Notes: generated from the sequence alone by a model not told the origin. A stretch of DNA of 64,000 nt from Candidatus Freyarchaeum deiterrae (GCA_037305845.1 CP147778.1:2496001-2560000), one strand, 5' to 3'. Shown: positions 29,827 through 39,529, counted from the first letter of the stretch. Numbers and translations: made by a program.

Positions 29827-32024
29827 CTCCAGGTTTCGAGGTCTTTCTCTTTTCTACGATTCTTAATGCGTTCCTCCAAACTATTTCCCACCCTAGTCGC
29901 GGTTTTCGCCCCCTCCATATTCGCTATCTCCGTGACACAGTGTATCATCCAGTTTAGAGTATCAATGACCGATTCTAGGTCTCCCTGAGGAATCGCATAG
30001 AGAGAGCTAACCTGCCTGATACTCTTACCCTTAAGATAATCCAAAACCGCCACCGACATAAATTGAGGCTGCGGTCTACCATACTCCGACTCCACCGCGC
30101 TTAGAACCAAATTCAATAAACCAAGTTCATCATCAACGTTACCGTGAATCATGCTTCGAATTAGTATACCAGTAGCTGGCTTGAGATAGAGCCTTGTAAC
30201 CTGTTTCCCAAACCCTGTGGCAGTAAAAGTGTTCATTGTGGTTTCAGCAACTAATCCATTATCCCTCAGCTTTTTCAGCACATTCTCAGCGTTAAGGCAG
30301 CGTGACACTAAGCCCTTGTAGACTGGATAATTCCGCTCCACAACCTGGGCCAGCTTAACCAGATGCCTGCACAATCCTTCCCGATTTTCTCCCTGATAAG
30401 AACAAGTGCAGAGAGGACCTTGCTCCTCATGAAAACTGCAAACATTGACAACGGGATCCGTAACAGTAGCCTCAACTCTCTTAGAGAGTAATTGTAATCT
30501 CAAATCCTCGTCACGAATTCTCTCAGCGCCACTCAATTCACATGTTTCAGCAAGGCATTTCACAGAGTCAGATATGTTTGCCGAGCCCAACCTAACCAGC
30601 CTCTCAAGGCTTGGTTGTGAATTATTAGATTTCTCCTTCCTCCACCAAAAAGTTTTTTCAAAAAAGTTCAAGATATCCTTTTCATTCGCCGCCCCGCTCT
30701 CAAATATTCTGAGAAGGGTTTGCTCCTCAAGATTCTGAGGTGAACCGATGGAACTTTCCACGGGATTGTACCGAGGCACTAATTCCCCATCCCTGACATC
30801 AAAGTATTTCTCCAGAACCATAAAACGGTCCGAATCAGAAGAGCAGAGTACTACACCATAGCCCACGCTGTCAAACTCCGGTCTACCCGCTCTCCCCAAT
30901 ATCTGATGAAACTGATTCGCATTAATCCCATCAATCTCAAACTCACCAGTAGCCATCTCTACGCGATTAAACACTTGAAAATCCCTTAGAATCACTAACC
31001 GGGCAGGAGTGTCAATACCCGCAGACAGAGTAGTGGTGCAGCATACAACCTTGAGAAAACCGTTTCGAAATGCGTCCTCCACCAATTCCCTAGAACCATG
31101 ATTCAAACCCGCATGGTGAAAACCCACACCCTGCCTCATCAACTCAATCAAACGTTTAGAATAATTCTTACCCTCAACGAACCTAGCTGAGAGCGTCTCC
31201 CTCTCATCACCAGATAACTGAGGCTCAACCGACTTAACCAATTTACGAGCCAGACTCTCCGCGTCCCTCCTATGCGCAACAAAAACAAGAGCCTGACCGC
31301 CATTCTGAACTGTTGAGGAAACCAATTTCCTTATAGCCCCCAGTTTATCAGCCTCCACCAAGATATAGTTTTTTAAAGGCACGGGTCTGGTGTCTGACTC
31401 GATTAACTTTAAATTCAACCAATCCGCGAACTCACCAGCATTGGCAATGGTTGCACTCAATCCAATGAGCTGCACCCGCAGCTTCTCCCTTATTCTAATA
31501 AGTGCACTCTCCAGCCTCCCCCCTCTCTCGCCCTCACCCATAGCGTGTATCTCGTCCACCACAATAACCCTTATATCGTAGAGCCAATCGGGATTCAAAC
31601 GCAGAAGTGAATCAAACCTCTCAATTGTTGTGATCAGTATATTCGCTTCCTCCAAAATATCGGGAGTATAATGGAAATCGCCGGTGGATATCCTAATCTT
31701 CAAATTCAGGCTGCGGTACTTTCTCAGGAATATACCAAATTTCTCCCGGGCGAGAGCTTTCAGGGGAACCATGTAAACCGCCTTCCCGCCTTCCAGAACC
31801 CATTTCAAAATAGCAAGCTCTCCCACCAGGGTTTTACCACTAGCTGACGGAGAACAAACCAGAAGATCAGCGCCCTCGAATAATCCACCCTGAATTGCAA
31901 GTATTTGAACGGCGCGCAAATAGTTTATCCCCTGCTGTTCCAGAATCTCCCGGATTTGGGCAGGCATCTTCTCCTCCAAGTTCAAGAAGGTTCCCAGACT
32001 CTTTGGACCATCCACCGTCAGCAT
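29823..32024 (-). CDS. Ski2/Hel308-like SF2 helicase with inserted SWIM zinc finger
   Basis: SPSASGKT, PLKALA, VDEIH, LSAT, RPVPL, FHHAGL, TTTLSAG, QILGRAGRP; CTCSY..GLCRH SWIM motif. Confidence 0.88.
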   Translation of the reverse strand: MLTVDGPKSLGTFLNLEEKMPAQIREILEQQGINYLRAVQILAIQGGLFEGADLLVCSPSASGKTLVGELAILKWVLEGGKAVYMVPLKALAREKFGIFLRKYRSLNLKIRISTGDFHYTPDILEEANILITTIERFDSLLRLNPDWLYDIRVIVVDEIHAMGEGERGGRLESALIRIREKLRVQLIGLSATIANAGEFADWLNLKLIESDTRPVPLKNYILVEADKLGAIRKLVSSTVQNGGQALVFVAHRRDAESLARKLVKSVEPQLSGDERETLSARFVEGKNYSKRLIELMRQGVGFHHAGLNHGSRELVEDAFRNGFLKVVCCTTTLSAGIDTPARLVILRDFQVFNRVEMATGEFEIDGINANQFHQILGRAGRPEFDSVGYGVVLCSSDSDRFMVLEKYFDVRDGELVPRYNPVESSIGSPQNLEEQTLLRIFESGAANEKDILNFFEKTFWWRKEKSNNSQPSLERLVRLGSANISDSVKCLAETCELSGAERIRDEDLRLQLLSKRVEATVTDPVVNVCSFHEEQGPLCTCSYQGENREGLCRHLVKLAQVVERNYPVYKGLVSRCLNAENVLKKLRDNGLVAETTMNTFTATGFGKQVTRLYLKPATGILIRSMIHGNVDDELGLLNLVLSAVESEYGRPQPQFMSVAVLDYLKGKSIRQVSSLYAIPQGDLESVIDTLNWMIHCVTEIANMEGAKTATRVGNSLEERIKNRRKEKDLETWS

Positions 32025-32029
32025 TCCCC

Positions 32030-33928
32030 CTACTCACCTAAAAAATCATTCCAACTATCGAGTGATTCTTCTGTTTTGGTTGTTTCAGGTTTGTTCGACC
32101 TTTTTGCACGATAATTTTCCATAATCAGTTTCTTAAGCTGCTGAGGTTCATAGTCAATTTTGCTACTTATTCCTCCGTCTCGTGAAACAATTATCTGAGC
32201 CTTACCATTAACAACATGCTCATAGGTTTCAAGAGGCACATCGGGATATTCCCTCTTAAGACTCTCAACAAAACTCGCCACCTCAGGGCTCTGGGTAACG
32301 ACCAAAATAGCAGAGTACCCGTTTCCACTTCCAGAATCAAAGAGCCTCCTCAACTCATTCTTAATACCATCATCAGTACACATCGTCTCAATAACGGAAT
32401 CACAATTGGTTACTTCAGCCTCGGTTTCAACCACTCGACCACTTTTTGGAACAAGGGGCTCAGCATACAACTTTTCAGGCTCCTCGATTACAGACTTCCT
32501 TTTCCCAGCCTTAGACTTCACCCTAATTCCACTCTCTTTCGCCCTCTTAGAGCTCTTCTTCTCAGTTCGCGGAGCAGATACAGTATTGAAACTACGCGCA
32601 TCTTTCTTAGACAAATCTTTCCGATTCCTTACTGCAACCCTTTCAACAGAGTCCGCTTCAAAAGTAGCAGTGGCTGACACCGAAGATTGTAGGTCAGTAA
32701 GAAGTTTCTGAGCATTTTCAAATAATCTCGAAACATCCGCTTCACCCAGCTTCTGAGGAGTGTTTATTTCTAAGAATTGCTGAAACCCTTTCAGATTCAA
32801 TCCAGTCTTTTCACAAACAAATTCCGCAACTTGTTGCAGAGACCCAAACGATGCTTTCCCAGTTATTTTCACGTAAATTTCCTTTAACCCAGAACTCACC
32901 GCCCCTTTCAAGTGATAGGTACAGTTATCCCAGTCACCCTCAGCATACGATTTCTGTGCTAAATCCCATAGTCCCTCTCTTCTCTGGGCGAAAAATTTGC
33001 TATTGTTTCCTCCCTCTGTTAATAGGGGCTCAACATATTCCTCAACCTCCAACACCTTTGGAGCTTCCTCATCAGTAACGGGTTGAGAAACAGAGCTAAG
33101 CCTAAGCCTAGTGAGTTGTTTTGGAGATTCCGGGACTGTTTCGGATTTCCTTGAAATGGTTTGAGGGGGTATATCTCTTGCTGAATCTTGCACTGCGGTT
33201 AGCTCTTCCCTCAAGAGTTTTTTAAAATTGGCGACTCCCAATTCGTGTATAGCAAGTGATGCGGTAATGGTTGCTACAACGAGAACGGAGTCCAAGGTAA
33301 GCAGCGCTTGGAAAGACGCGGTGGTTTCGCTGAGAAATATTAACGGAACGAGCAGGGCTATAAGAGCCACGGTCAGGATTAACCCTTTTCTCGCACGTGA
33401 GTAGGCTTTCTGTAAAACCTCCGCCTTATTAGGTTTAAAAATTCTGTTGGCTTTCTTCAAAACATAGTTCCGCCTGCTATGCAGCAAAGATGGCAAATCA
33501 GATAGGGAAACTATCTCAACCGAGTCAACCTTGGAATCCCCCTCCTGGCGAGAACCGCTCACCAGGATTTTATCTGCTACAATAATTATTTGCTTACCCA
33601 TGTAATAGGGGGCGTTCACACCAAATACCTTTTTTAGCTCTATGCCGCTTGGAGCATTCGGACCATTGACAAATTGATTAAGCAAAAAGCCAGAAAATCT
33701 AGACAGTGTACGTCTATCTTCTCTAATTTTCTCCATAGAAGTAGCTCTGTACACGACAGCATCAAGGACACTGTAACCCTTACTTTCATATATCTTCCAG
33801 GCCACACGCACAGGAATCTTCTGATAAGACTCTACATCATATCCGTTGTCGGAAAAAATACGCGAAGCCTCACCCTTGCGGGGAGGCTCATCTCCTATTT
33901 GCTTCGTTTTTATTTCCTCCATACACAC
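32030..33928 (-). CDS. two-TM membrane protein with several soluble domains
   Basis: Two hydrophobic helices aa ~183-230; a HEPN-like helix pair AQKSYAEGDWDNCTYHLKGAV; basic linker. Confidence 0.7.
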   Translation of the reverse strand: MCMEEIKTKQIGDEPPRKGEASRIFSDNGYDVESYQKIPVRVAWKIYESKGYSVLDAVVYRATSMEKIREDRRTLSRFSGFLLNQFVNGPNAPSGIELKKVFGVNAPYYMGKQIIIVADKILVSGSRQEGDSKVDSVEIVSLSDLPSLLHSRRNYVLKKANRIFKPNKAEVLQKAYSRARKGLILTVALIALLVPLIFLSETTASFQALLTLDSVLVVATITASLAIHELGVANFKKLLREELTAVQDSARDIPPQTISRKSETVPESPKQLTRLRLSSVSQPVTDEEAPKVLEVEEYVEPLLTEGGNNSKFFAQRREGLWDLAQKSYAEGDWDNCTYHLKGAVSSGLKEIYVKITGKASFGSLQQVAEFVCEKTGLNLKGFQQFLEINTPQKLGEADVSRLFENAQKLLTDLQSSVSATATFEADSVERVAVRNRKDLSKKDARSFNTVSAPRTEKKSSKRAKESGIRVKSKAGKRKSVIEEPEKLYAEPLVPKSGRVVETEAEVTNCDSVIETMCTDDGIKNELRRLFDSGSGNGYSAILVVTQSPEVASFVESLKREYPDVPLETYEHVVNGKAQIIVSRDGGISSKIDYEPQQLKKLIMENYRAKRSNKPETTKTEESLDSWNDFLGE

Positions 33929-33939
33929 CTTTCATCAAT

Positions 33940-34209
33940 TTACATAGGCCATCCACCCGATGGTGGAGGCAGAAAGGAACTTTTTTTACCTTTAACCCTT
34001 TTTTCCGAATCACCCTTCGGTTCTTCTAGCGATAGCTGATCGTCAGAACGCTTTCTTTTCAAAGTCAGCCCTAGTCTCCTTGCATGTTTCAATACAGTTA
34101 CCTCCGATACCCCAAGTTTTTCAGCGATCTCTCTCAACGTCAATCCTCGGCTGTGAAGCTGCTTCAGATCATCATCAGTAAATTTTCTACTCACCGTCAT
34201 AGGCCGCAC
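33940..34209 (-). CDS. small helix-turn-helix protein, first gene of the left operon
   Basis: GLTLREIAEKLGVSEVTVLKH classic HTH. Confidence 0.85.
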   Translation of the reverse strand: MRPMTVSRKFTDDDLKQLHSRGLTLREIAEKLGVSEVTVLKHARRLGLTLKRKRSDDQLSLEEPKGDSEKRVKGKKSSFLPPPSGGWPM

Positions 34210-34232
34210 CTAAGAAAGTGTTAAGTTTCAAA

Positions 34233-34252
34233 AAGTCTTTATAAAGACTTAC
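34233..34252 (-). promoter_or_regulatory. left-arm promoter: TATA-containing 18-bp palindrome aagtctttataaagactt
   Basis: Perfect palindrome 34233-34250; minus strand reads gtaagtctttataaag, identical to 34780-34795 on plus. Confidence 0.7.
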
Positions 34253-34446
34253 CTCCTTTTACGAAGAGTTCTTTTTTCCAGCTTTTGGTCTTCATTAGAA
34301 CTCCAATAATAATTCAAAAAAATATTATCGCTCTTTTTTTTGTATTAGGTCTTATAATGTTGTATTTTCTTTATCAGAGTATTATAAAGTCCTATTTTTC
34401 ATCCAAAAAAATTGCCAAACAAGTTACATATACCTCTCATTGTAAA

Positions 34447-34481
34447 AAATGTGTAAAAATCGCCCAAAAAATTACACAAAA
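34447..34481. promoter_or_regulatory. inverted-repeat box TGTAA-N15-TTACA (copy 1)
   Basis: aaatgtgtaa-aaatcgcccaaaaaa-ttacacaaaa. Confidence 0.6.
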
Positions 34482-34550
34482 CCTGTTGGGGTGTCAATAT
34501 TATTAATTTATTAATTCCCTATTTTGGTTTCTCCAGTATTCGTACAACAG

Positions 34551-34594
34551 AAATATGTAATTTTTGACCATTTTTTTACATATTTTTTGCAAAC
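34551..34594. promoter_or_regulatory. inverted-repeat box AAATATGTAA-N15-TTACATATTT (copy 2)
   Basis: Perfect 10-bp arms, 15-nt spacer; 34576-34594 is the exact reverse complement of 47274-47292. Confidence 0.7.
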
Positions 34595-34779
34595 GATAGT
34601 TCCGTAATGGATTCTCCATCTTTTCACTTTAGAAAAAAAGAATCTCATAAGACTCTAAAATGAAAACTAAAGAGTAAAAAACGGTATAAATTAAAAAAAG
34701 AGAAAAGATATGCCAAAAATAATTGAAAAAGTATTCATAAACCTCCAAATCAATCAAAAAAGCATTCGCAAAAGTAAGC

Positions 34780-34795
34780 GTAAGTCTTTATAAAG
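34780..34795 (+). promoter_or_regulatory. right-arm promoter (gtaagtctttataaag)
   Basis: 16/16 match to left-arm promoter; TTTATAAA TATA box. Confidence 0.7.
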
Positions 34796-34820
34796 GCAAA
34801 ACTGAATCTAGCATCCTTTA

Positions 34821-34895
34821 GTGCGGCGCAAAACATCATTGTAACCTCTCTATTATGCGACACCTGTTACATACAAATGAATTCGAGCGCCGCAC
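34821..34895 (+). other. GC-clamped hairpin in the 5' leader of the radA-paralog operon
   Basis: gtgcggcgc/gcgccgcac 9-bp stem with inner tcatt/aatga and tgtaac/gttaca stems, starting ~25 nt after the TATA box. Confidence 0.5.
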
Positions 34896-34940
34896 AACAA
34901 TAATCGCTAATCGTAAGAAAAAGGGATATGGTGAGAATGA

Positions 34941-35222
34941 ATGCCAGAAGTTTATTGTCAGGTTTTAAACCGGAATGTTGATGGAGGTTATTGTGCCTTC
35001 ATTTGTGAACTTCCAGAAACCGAGAAAAAAATCTTTTACAACCCAGTCAGAGGAATATACGCCGAATGCGACTTTTGCGAGGACACCCCAAAACCGGAAC
35101 CAGTCCGTAAAACTATCTCCACAGTTATAAAGAAGTCTGAACTGGAAAATTCCGAAGATACGCTGAGAATTCCTCAATCAGTGATTCGCAAAGTAATCAC
35201 CGTTTTGGAGGGGGACAAATAA
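34941..35222 (+). CDS. small Cys-containing hypothetical protein
   Basis: ggtga SD; C..CAFIC..CDFC; stop overlaps radA start (TAATG). Confidence 0.65.
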   Translation: MPEVYCQVLNRNVDGGYCAFICELPETEKKIFYNPVRGIYAECDFCEDTPKPEPVRKTISTVIKKSELENSEDTLRIPQSVIRKVITVLEGDK

Positions 35223-36289
35223 TGGATTTGAATAACATTAAGGGTGTGGGGCCCGAGAAATCCAAGAAGCTTATGAACGCGGGTTACAGCACGGTGGAGA
35301 GTATAGCCTTCTCCTCATCCAGAGATCTCTCCATGGATTCCGGTATACCCGAGGAAACAGCCAGACAAATCATTGCTTCCGCCAAGATAATTCTTCGCTC
35401 TAAAGAAAACACGAAAGGCGGAAAACTGGTGGAGATTCTCTCCGGTAAAGACGCTAAAAAAATTCTAAATAGTATGGAACATATTACCACCGGTCTGAAA
35501 GGACTCGACAAGATTCTAGGAGGAGGAGTAGAGACCTGTGCGGTTACTGAGTTCTACGGACCCGCAAAAGCTGGAAAAACACAAATCTGCCACCAACTCT
35601 GCGTCACAGTCCAGCTCCCCAAAGAAAAGGGCGGCTTAGAAGCCCCAGCCATATACATAGACACCGAGAGAACGGTGAAATACGACCACATCAAAAGCAT
35701 AGCCGAGAGATTCGGTCTAGATCCAGACTTGGCAAGCGACAACGTGTTCTACGCCTACGCCATGAACAGTGAAGCCCTCTTCGACATGGTTCACAAGAGT
35801 CTAGATGAAGTAGTTCAAAACCGAGGAATTAAACTCGTAATCGTGGACTGCCTAACCGGACACTTCCGTGCAGAATACTGCGGAAGGGAGAGCCTGCCCG
35901 CAAGGCAGCAGAAAATTAATAGAGTTATCCACGACCTTCTGAGAATCGCCGTCTCCCACGACCTAGCAGTGGTAGTAACAAACCAGGTTCACTCACAACC
36001 CGACCTGTACGGAAAGAGTGAAAATCCCATAGGGGGACACACCGTGGCTCACGGGGTCACTTTCAGGCTGGGATTGAGCACAAGGAAACACAACATGAGA
36101 ATAGCAACCGTGGTTGATGCTCCAGCGCTGCCCCCAGACGAGACTTACTTCGCGATAACCTCCAAGGGACTAATCGACATAACCGCCAAGAATCTGAGCT
36201 CCAAGGAACCTATAGAATTCTCTGATGGAAAAGAGATAGAAGAAAAAGAAGACGAGAAAGTGGAGGAAGAGGAAGCAGTCACGGATTAA
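35222..36289 (+). CDS. radA: RadA/Rad51-family recombinase (divergent paralog)
   Basis: N-terminal HhH (IKGVGP), LDKILGGGVET, EFYGPAKAGKTQ, YIDTE, IVDCLTGHFRAEY.GR..L..RQQ, TNQV, PIGGH. Confidence 0.88.
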   Translation: MDLNNIKGVGPEKSKKLMNAGYSTVESIAFSSSRDLSMDSGIPEETARQIIASAKIILRSKENTKGGKLVEILSGKDAKKILNSMEHITTGLKGLDKILGGGVETCAVTEFYGPAKAGKTQICHQLCVTVQLPKEKGGLEAPAIYIDTERTVKYDHIKSIAERFGLDPDLASDNVFYAYAMNSEALFDMVHKSLDEVVQNRGIKLVIVDCLTGHFRAEYCGRESLPARQQKINRVIHDLLRIAVSHDLAVVVTNQVHSQPDLYGKSENPIGGHTVAHGVTFRLGLSTRKHNMRIATVVDAPALPPDETYFAITSKGLIDITAKNLSSKEPIEFSDGKEIEEKEDEKVEEEEAVTD

Positions 36290-36307
36290 TTTAGCGAGGG
36301 ATGCACT

Positions 36308-38974
36308 ATGTGGAAACGGGGAGCAACTTTGGTTCTGGTTTCTCTCATACTTGTACTGATGATTTCAGTTCTTTTTGCAGCTGTTAGTTCATTCCCCGCT
36401 TTCCCCGTTCAACCTAGTGCAGCGGCTCAGTCCAGTTATGTTCCAAAATCTGTGGTTAGTGCTGCTTACCTCACCAATCAATCAACCGTCCAAAAATGGG
36501 AGAACTACTTCGCGAGTAATTCCAGCCAGACTAATCTGCAAAACGCAGTCGGGTTTCTTTCGGGCCTAGGAACCCGATATCCATCAAGTCCGACGTGCAA
36601 CAATTCGGCGGACTATATTTACACAACTCTTTCTTCATATGGTTACACACCCCTAAGAGATTACTTCACGGTTATGTGGCAGGGCAACCCGTACATTACC
36701 CAAAATATATACTGCATCAAGCCTTCTTCTTCGTCATCGGACATAATTCTTTTAGCCTGTAACTACGACTCAATAAGGGCTTCCAGAATAGGGACAACAA
36801 TTTACGATCTTCAGAACACTAGTTGTCCGGGTGCTGTAGACGACGCGACTGGTGTGGCGGTGCTTCTTGAAACCGCTAGATTAATCGCCAATGTAAGTCT
36901 TGATAAGACTCTGGTTTTCGTTTTTCTGAGTGGAGAGGAAGGAAACAGCACAACGGAACACTGGTTCGGCTCAGAACAACTGGTAAATCAAGGATACAGC
37001 CTATTCACCACACAGCTCTCAAACATAAAACGAGTAGTATACTTGGATACTCTCGGGGAGTCCCCGTACGGGGCACCGTATGAAAATATTACGCTTTTCT
37101 CAACTCTCGCAGTATTACCACAAAAAAGTTCCCTTATTGGTGCGGCGTCTGACCTAGGTATTAACGTCATCTCTGCGAATAATTCGAGGGTTTCATCAAT
37201 TTCAGATGCTCAAAACCAGTTTTGTACGGAATGGATGTTACAATCAGTCCTGCCCACGATAACTATCTCACAGAATGACTGGAATCTCGCCACGAGCAAA
37301 AGATTAACTGAGCAGGACACGGCCTCCATAGTTGATTACACCTTTGTTGATAACGTCACAGAGGTCGTTACAGGAGCACTGGTACGGGAGTTCTTCGTCC
37401 TTCCGCCAAGCTCTCCCAGCTACGTAGACGGTTGGAAGAAGCTCGCAAACCTAAACCAATACGGGGTTAACCTATTTGAGGTGGACTATGTAGAATACCT
37501 AGCCCACCCGAATTCCGATGTTGTAATAATAGGACCTAGGCTACACTTTACACCCTCCGAGCTCCAGCAGCTAATTGGTATCGGCAAGCCTCTCATCTGC
37601 ACAGGTGGAAATGGTGTAGAGTTGCTTAACAGTCTAGGTGCCCAGGTTACTGGCATTTCCTCTAATACTGATTATGTTTCTCTAACCAGAATGGATTTGT
37701 TCTATCATCCTGTATGGGAAAACGTGGAGGAGAACACCACGGTAACAATCAATCAGGGGCAGTCCACCCTCATTACCGCCGGAAACAACTTCTTCTCATT
37801 CTTAGGATTTAATGGAACTTGCTGGATGGGATTCTACTATGGTAACCAATCACTAAAGTATGTCTTCTATGTGGGAAGAGACAACCCTTCGAATCTAAGC
37901 GATAAAGGGAAACAAATTCTGAGCAACCTGATATTCTGGAGTGCTCAACAGCAGGAAAATGTTCTACAGATTCAGCCCACAAAAATTGTAGCTGGAGAAA
38001 ATACCAACCTCACCATGGCCATAAGGAGCGCTCTGAGCTGGAACGTCATACAGGCTGACACATTGAATCTAACCATCACCCAAAACGGGGGATTAGTATA
38101 CCAAGATTCCATTCCCACGTCGAACGGCTACTTTAGTGTTAATCTTGATCTAAACCTTGGAGAGTATATCTTTACGGTGTCAAATGGCACAGTTTCTGCC
38201 ACAAGGATAATACAGGTATTAATGCCGTTTATAGTTCAGGTTTATTCTTCTCCATTATTGGTTCAGAATGAGTATGTTCTATTGGTTCTAAGAATTGATA
38301 GTCTATCATCATCCCAGCAAAATCTCGGTGTATTTATCCCAGAACTTCAGGTGTTTAATCAGGTTAATCTACCCTCAAACCAATCGGTGACGGTCCTAGT
38401 TCCCGCGATTTATACTCCTTCATCAATTTACGACCAAGGCTTTCACCTATTCACGGTTCTGGTTCAAGGTTCTTACGGTAGTGGTTCGGTTTTCCCCATG
38501 TGGATATCTCTAGATGCGAGTAGTCTGATTCTCGGGTACATTCTACCCCTAATTGCTATTTTGGCAATCAGCTTCCTTACTTACAGAAAGATATACGTGG
38601 TTAAACTTCCCGAGAAGATAAAGCTTAGGGAGACTAGGAGGAGAAACAGGAGAAGCTACTTTAACACTTTTGTCTTAGACTCGGAAATAATTGGAGTACT
38701 AAGAGAACGCCTCAAACAGAAAGGATTCCGAGAGAAGGCAAAAAACCGCTTCTACAACTCCGAAATGATAATCGAAATTGAAAATAAAGGGGATAAATCA
38801 TCCATTAGAGTCTTCTCTTCAATCCCATTCTCATCTAAAAAAGATTTCTTCAAACTAACCGAACGAATCAAAATAAACAGGGTCACCATCGCTAAAAACC
38901 AAGAAGCAAAACCTGAACCGGAGAAGGGCACAATATCCAAATTCAAAGGAGGGCTTAAGGATGATAGGTATTGA
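36308..38974 (+). CDS. secreted M28-peptidase-like multidomain surface protein with C-terminal TM anchor
   Basis: Signal peptide; ACNYDS, PGAVDDATGVAVLLE, SGEEG, YLDTLG; many NxS/T sites; TM aa ~738-760 plus basic cytoplasmic domain. Confidence 0.8.
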   Translation: MWKRGATLVLVSLILVLMISVLFAAVSSFPAFPVQPSAAAQSSYVPKSVVSAAYLTNQSTVQKWENYFASNSSQTNLQNAVGFLSGLGTRYPSSPTCNNSADYIYTTLSSYGYTPLRDYFTVMWQGNPYITQNIYCIKPSSSSSDIILLACNYDSIRASRIGTTIYDLQNTSCPGAVDDATGVAVLLETARLIANVSLDKTLVFVFLSGEEGNSTTEHWFGSEQLVNQGYSLFTTQLSNIKRVVYLDTLGESPYGAPYENITLFSTLAVLPQKSSLIGAASDLGINVISANNSRVSSISDAQNQFCTEWMLQSVLPTITISQNDWNLATSKRLTEQDTASIVDYTFVDNVTEVVTGALVREFFVLPPSSPSYVDGWKKLANLNQYGVNLFEVDYVEYLAHPNSDVVIIGPRLHFTPSELQQLIGIGKPLICTGGNGVELLNSLGAQVTGISSNTDYVSLTRMDLFYHPVWENVEENTTVTINQGQSTLITAGNNFFSFLGFNGTCWMGFYYGNQSLKYVFYVGRDNPSNLSDKGKQILSNLIFWSAQQQENVLQIQPTKIVAGENTNLTMAIRSALSWNVIQADTLNLTITQNGGLVYQDSIPTSNGYFSVNLDLNLGEYIFTVSNGTVSATRIIQVLMPFIVQVYSSPLLVQNEYVLLVLRIDSLSSSQQNLGVFIPELQVFNQVNLPSNQSVTVLVPAIYTPSSIYDQGFHLFTVLVQGSYGSGSVFPMWISLDASSLILGYILPLIAILAISFLTYRKIYVVKLPEKIKLRETRRRNRRSYFNTFVLDSEIIGVLRERLKQKGFREKAKNRFYNSEMIIEIENKGDKSSIRVFSSIPFSSKKDFFKLTERIKINRVTIAKNQEAKPEPEKGTISKFKGGLKDDRY

Positions 38975-39413
38975 ACAATTACTAGGTTGGATGGTTAACT
39001 CATTAATTTACGATGGGATTATACTCTTCATCGCATTTTTCATCGTGTTTCTGAGTCTAAAAGTAGCCATAACATTTCTAAGAGCAAACGAATCCCAAAC
39101 CGTTCCCCTGATTCCACCAAAGCTACCAGTGTCGGAAAAAGCTAATCCCTACGTCCAGCTAGCTGAAGCCCTAGAGAAGGGCGACCAAGGAGCATTATTA
39201 TGGCTGATGAGCCAAAACACAACCAAGAGCAGGATTCAAAAAACGCTAAACTCAGCTTCGGTGGACTTGTTTTTGGGAATAGCTTCCCTGTTAACAGTTT
39301 CCAGTGCTTATATCAAGATTAACGCTCTACCAGTGTCGGACTGGATAGTAATCCTAATGATTATAGCAGCCCTCATTCTTGTGGGCGTCTCATACCGGAG
39401 GGCGAAAGGTTGA
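38961..39413 (+). CDS. small membrane protein (~3 TM)
   Basis: Three hydrophobic segments; overlaps upstream gene. Confidence 0.7.
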   Translation: MIGIEQLLGWMVNSLIYDGIILFIAFFIVFLSLKVAITFLRANESQTVPLIPPKLPVSEKANPYVQLAEALEKGDQGALLWLMSQNTTKSRIQKTLNSASVDLFLGIASLLTVSSAYIKINALPVSDWIVILMIIAALILVGVSYRRAKG

Positions 39414-39529
39414 CTCTTATCAAAAACAAAACGCTCAACGGAGCCAAAAATCACCAAATTTGGAACAACACCAAAATCAGATGGAATAAACAATTTAAAG
39501 TAATCATATAATAAAGAGGAGGTTTAGAA

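Noticed and set aside
33947-33990. A7 run plus hairpin (tccacc-atcg-ggtgga) near the end of the HTH gene as a second frameshift site
   Set aside because: The A_AAA_AAG heptamer is not in the translated frame, and the -1 frame hits TGA before the next ORF, so no fusion is possible.
34285-34506. 73-aa ORF in the divergent intergenic region
   Set aside because: AT-rich, no SD, and overlaps the operator-like boxes; better explained as regulatory DNA.
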